Assembly: GCA_950097015.1 (NCBI GenBank)
Contig: CATNEN010000005.1
Span: forward strand, 5,766,001 to 5,830,000
DNA from: Macrostomum hystrix
Lineage: Eukaryota > Animalia > Platyhelminthes
Direction: 5' to 3'
DNA: 64,000 nucleotides
Of this stretch, positions 60,225 through 64,000 are shown one piece after another. The notes beneath the pieces are model-generated. The model worked only from the letters and a program-made list of their open reading frames with translations, had not been told where the DNA came from and did not search any database. Both the position numbers and the translations under genes were made by a program. Positions within the stretch are counted from its first letter, which is position 1, and each line of letters begins with the position of its first letter.

Positions 60225-60464
60225 GGGCGCAGTCGCGGAGAGAAGGCTTCGAGGGCTTGTACCCAAGGTACAGTGAAAGTGCATACACTGCCTCACGATG
60301 AGAAAGTCAGGGCAGATATACACACCTGTGTGAGCGTGTGCTTGTGTACGGTATCTGTGTGCCTGTGTGCTCAGGAGTCAGCGTATTGGGCAGAATTGTC
60401 TCCTCGCTGGCTGCGGGTCTAGTGTCACCAAATGATGTGCCATTGCCCGCAGCCCTCCTGCAAC

Positions 60465-60497
<33 letters not shown>

Positions 60498-60500
60498 TAT
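60225..60500 (+). mobile_element. SINE family A, copy 8 with a long (att)n tail
   Basis: gggcgcagtcgcggagagaaggctt...gatgagaaagtcagggcaga...cccgcagccctcctgcaactg(ttat)n. Confidence 0.88.
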
Positions 60501-60979
60501 ATCCTTCTTAGTAACCATGCTCTCAAATCACGCCTTAAAATAAAATTTAATTTAAACAATTTTTCCAGTGACCTCAACGGCCGTTTTAAACAGCTAATTT
60601 TTTAATTAAGATTTACATGAACAGTACCAGATCAGATATTTCAGAAAGAGATCATGATGATTGACAATTGGAACCGCAAATTTGCACCCTGCGTAACAAA
60701 TTTCAACAGTCCATCATGCAGTGACAGTTAGACATTTGAAGGAATGCAATGGACCAACTTCAGCACCGGTTCTGCTATAGTGAATTTCAAAAACTAGCTG
60801 CGTCAATTTGTGTTTAATCTGCACTTTGCACTTTTGACCGAAAGCTAACTTCAGAAAATGGAAAGTGTCTGCATTGTACGAGACTTGCTAGATAATGCAT
60901 AAGATGTGCCATTTCATTGGCTACTTTCTTATCCACCATTCAACTATAAAACTAAAAGCATCCGAAAATTGCATATTTT

Positions 60980-62800
60980 GCATTCACCCCTTCTTGTCAT
61001 TATTCACCCCTTCTTGTCATTATTCACCCCTTCTTGTCCTTATTCACCCCTTCTTGTCATTATTCACCCCTTCTTGTCATTATTCACCCCTTCTTGTCAT
61101 TATTCACCCCTTCTTGTCATTATTCACCCCTTCTTGTCATTATTCACCCCTTCTTGTCATTATTCACCCCTTCTTGTCATTATTCACCCCTTCTTGTCCT
61201 TAATCACCCTTCCTGTCCTTATTCACCCCTTCTTGTCATTATTCACCCCTTCTTGTCATTATTCACCCCTTCTTGTCATTATTCACCCCTTCTTGTCATT
61301 ATTCACCCCTTTTTGTCATTATTCACCCCTTCTTGTCATTATTCACACTTCCTGTCCTTATTCACCCTTCCTGTCATTATTCACCCTTTCTTGTCATTAT
61401 TCACCCATTCTTGTCATTATTCACCCCTTCTTGTCCTTATTCACCCCTTCTTGTCATTATTCACCCCTTCTAGTCATTATTCACCCCTTCTAGTCATTAT
61501 TCACCCCTTCTAGTCATTATTCACCCCTTCTTGTCCTTATTCACCCCTTCTTGTCATTATTCACCCCTTCTAGTCATTATTCACTCCTTCTAGTCATTAT
61601 TCACCCCTTCTTGTCCTTATTCACCCCTTCTTGTCATTATTCACCATTTCTTGTCATTATTCACCCCTTCTTGTCCTTATTCACCCCTTCTTGTCATTAT
61701 TCACCCCTTCTTGTCCTTATTCACCCCTTCTAATCTTTATTCACCCCTTCTTGTCCTTAATCACCCTTCCTGTCATTATTCACCCCTTCTCGTCATTATT
61801 CACCCTTCTTGTCATTATTCACCCCTTCTTGTCATTATTCACCCCTTCTTGTCATTATTCACCCCTTCTTGTCATTATTCACCCCTTCTTGTCCTTATTC
61901 ACCCCTTCTTGTCATTATTCACCCCTTCTTGTCCTTATTCACCCCTTCTAATCTTTATTCACCCCTTCTTGTCCTTAATCACCTTTCCTGTCATTATTCA
62001 CCCCTTCTTGTCATTATTCACCCCTTCTTGTCCTTAATCACCCTTCCTGTCATTATTCACCCCTTCTTGTCATTATTCACCTTCTTGTCATTATTCACCC
62101 CTTCTTGTCCTTATTCACCCCTTCTTGTCATTATTGACCCCTTCTTGTCATTATTCACCATTTCTTGTCATTATTCACCATTTCTTGTCATTATTCACCC
62201 CTTCTTGTCCTTATTCACCCCTTCTTGTCGTTATTCACCCCTTCTTGTCCTTAATGACCCTTCCTGTCATTATTCACCCCTTCTTGTCATTATTCACCTA
62301 CTTGTCATTATTCACCTTCTTGTCATTATCCACCCCTTCTTGTCATTATTCACCCCTTCTTGTCATTATTCACCATTTCTTGTCATTATTCACCCCTTCG
62401 TGTCCTTATTCACCCCTTCTAGTCATTATTTACCCCTTCTTGTTATTATTCACCCCTTCTTGTCCTTATTCACCCCTTCTAATCTTTATTCACCCCTTCT
62501 TTTCAATATTCACCCCTTCTTGTCCTTATTCACCCCTTCTAATATTTATTCACCCCTTCTTTTCAATATTCACCCTTCTTGTCCTTATTCACCCTTCCTG
62601 TCCTTATTCACCCTTCCTGTCATTATTCACCCTTCTTGTCATTATTCACCCCTTCTAGTCATTATTCACCCCTTCTTGTCATTATTGACCCCTTCTTGTC
62701 CTTATTCACCCCTTCTTGTCATTATTCACCCTTTCTTGTCATTATTCACCCCTTCTAATCTTTATTCACCCCTTCTTATCCTTATTCACCTCTTCCTGTC
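60980..62800 (+). repeat. Minisatellite, 20-bp unit tattcaccccttcttgtcat (~90 copies, with 19/28-bp variants)
   Basis: Tandem copies; this array is the source of the SLFTP/IIHPF ORFs. Confidence 0.97.
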
Positions 62801-63384
62801 TTCATTCACAACTTTATAAATGTATTCACACATTCGTGGCCTTGTCATGTCACCAAGACACATTTCTTGTTATAATTCACAGAATCCTCTATCATTCACA
62901 ACATTTTTTTCTTCATTTCTTATAATGAATAAGGTAGCATTAACTACATATACGAGCTTCAAATTGCACACACGAGTACATTTCTGGGTGGAGTCACAGA
63001 TAACTATGACTTCTTGGAATATAAAGGATTTAAAGGGAAGTCTGGCCCAGATATTTAGGATTATAATGCACCCCAATAAATCTTAAGTATGAGTAATAAG
63101 TGAACTCTTAGAGAGAGAGTTTTGTCATCCACTTTGCAGGGACGAGTTAGTTTTTAAGAAATAGAGCCTAGGCAACTAGATAACTAAGTAAAAGCTATAC
63201 AAATAAAATAGGAGCCCAATTCATCAACCAGTTAGATGAGAGTTACTGACTGACTGATGATAGATAAGCACGAGGCCTTCTAAAGAAAATTAATTGCCTC
63301 TACAGGCCTCTACTTTGGGTTTTATATAAGATCAACCAAACCTTGCTCCTTGCTCTTAGCAGCTTTTCGAATGGGATAGTTTTA

Positions 63385-63915
63385 AGGAATTTTATTGAAT
63401 CCCTTATCGATAATCCCATTTAGTAGATTATGAATCCTTTATCGATAATCCCATTCAGTAGATTATGAATCCTTTATTGATAATCCTATTTAGTAGATTA
63501 TGAATCCTTTATCGATAATCCCCTTTTAGTAGATTATGAATCCCTTATCACGAATCCCCATTCAGTAGATTATGAATCCCTCATCACGAATCCCCATTCA
63601 GTAGATTATGAATCCCTCATCACGAATCCCCATTCAGTAGATTATGAATCCCTCATCACGAATCCCCATTCAGTAGATTATGAATCCCTCATCACAAATC
63701 CCCATTCAGTAGATTATGAATCCCTCATCACGAATCCCCATTCAGTAGATTATGAATCCCTTATCACGAATCCCCATTCAGTAGATCATGAATCCCTTAT
63801 CACGAATCCCCATTCAGTAGATTATGAATTCCTTATTGATAATCCCAATTCAGTAGATTTAGAATCCCTTATCGATAATCCCTTCTAGTAGATTATGAAT
63901 GCCTTATTACTAATT
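63385..63915 (+). repeat. Minisatellite, 36-bp unit aatccccattcagtagattatgaatccctcatcacg
   Basis: Direct tandem copies. Confidence 0.93.
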
Positions 63916-64000
63916 CCCGTTCAGTATAATATGGATTCCAAAAAATCGAATTTAATCCTGAATTGATGTAGACTCATATGCATTTGTTTTTAAGTTTTTT

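Noticed and set aside
60895-62925. Many overlapping SLFTP/IIHPF ORFs
   Set aside because: They are products of the 20-bp tandem array.

Overview
Eukaryotic (animal) genomic DNA with GT-AG introns that are packed with minisatellites and SINEs. Gene style suggests a free-living flatworm such as Macrostomum; this is inferred, not provable from the window. Genes I could assemble by hand, with reading-frame-consistent splice junctions: (-) PHACTR-like RPEL protein (runs off the left edge); (-) intronless orphan 7TM receptor; (-) COQ6; (-) complete 11-exon ATP9/NEO1-type P4-ATPase; (-) a ~1,140-aa protein in which ~11 ankyrin repeats splice in frame to a cGAS-like/Mab-21 nucleotidyltransferase with an intact catalytic triad; (+) METTL27-like methyltransferase; and three intronless GT31 beta-1,3-galactosyltransferases sharing a near-identical ~0.58-kb core. 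Mobile DNA: a decayed mariner, a TIR element with a 4-bp TSD, a LINE 3' fragment, two tRNA-derived SINE families and ~15 tandem arrays. Top candidates for new biology are the ankyrin-cGLR fusion (a possible innate-immune second-messenger receptor) and a COQ6 gene with no genomic ATG in its first coding exon, which may take its start codon from the flatworm spliced leader. Also notable are a myristoylation/palmitoylation-type alternative first exon of PHACTR, gene conversion among the galactosyltransferases, and CpG deserts at gene 5' ends. All coordinates were read by eye and may be off by a few bases for repeats.
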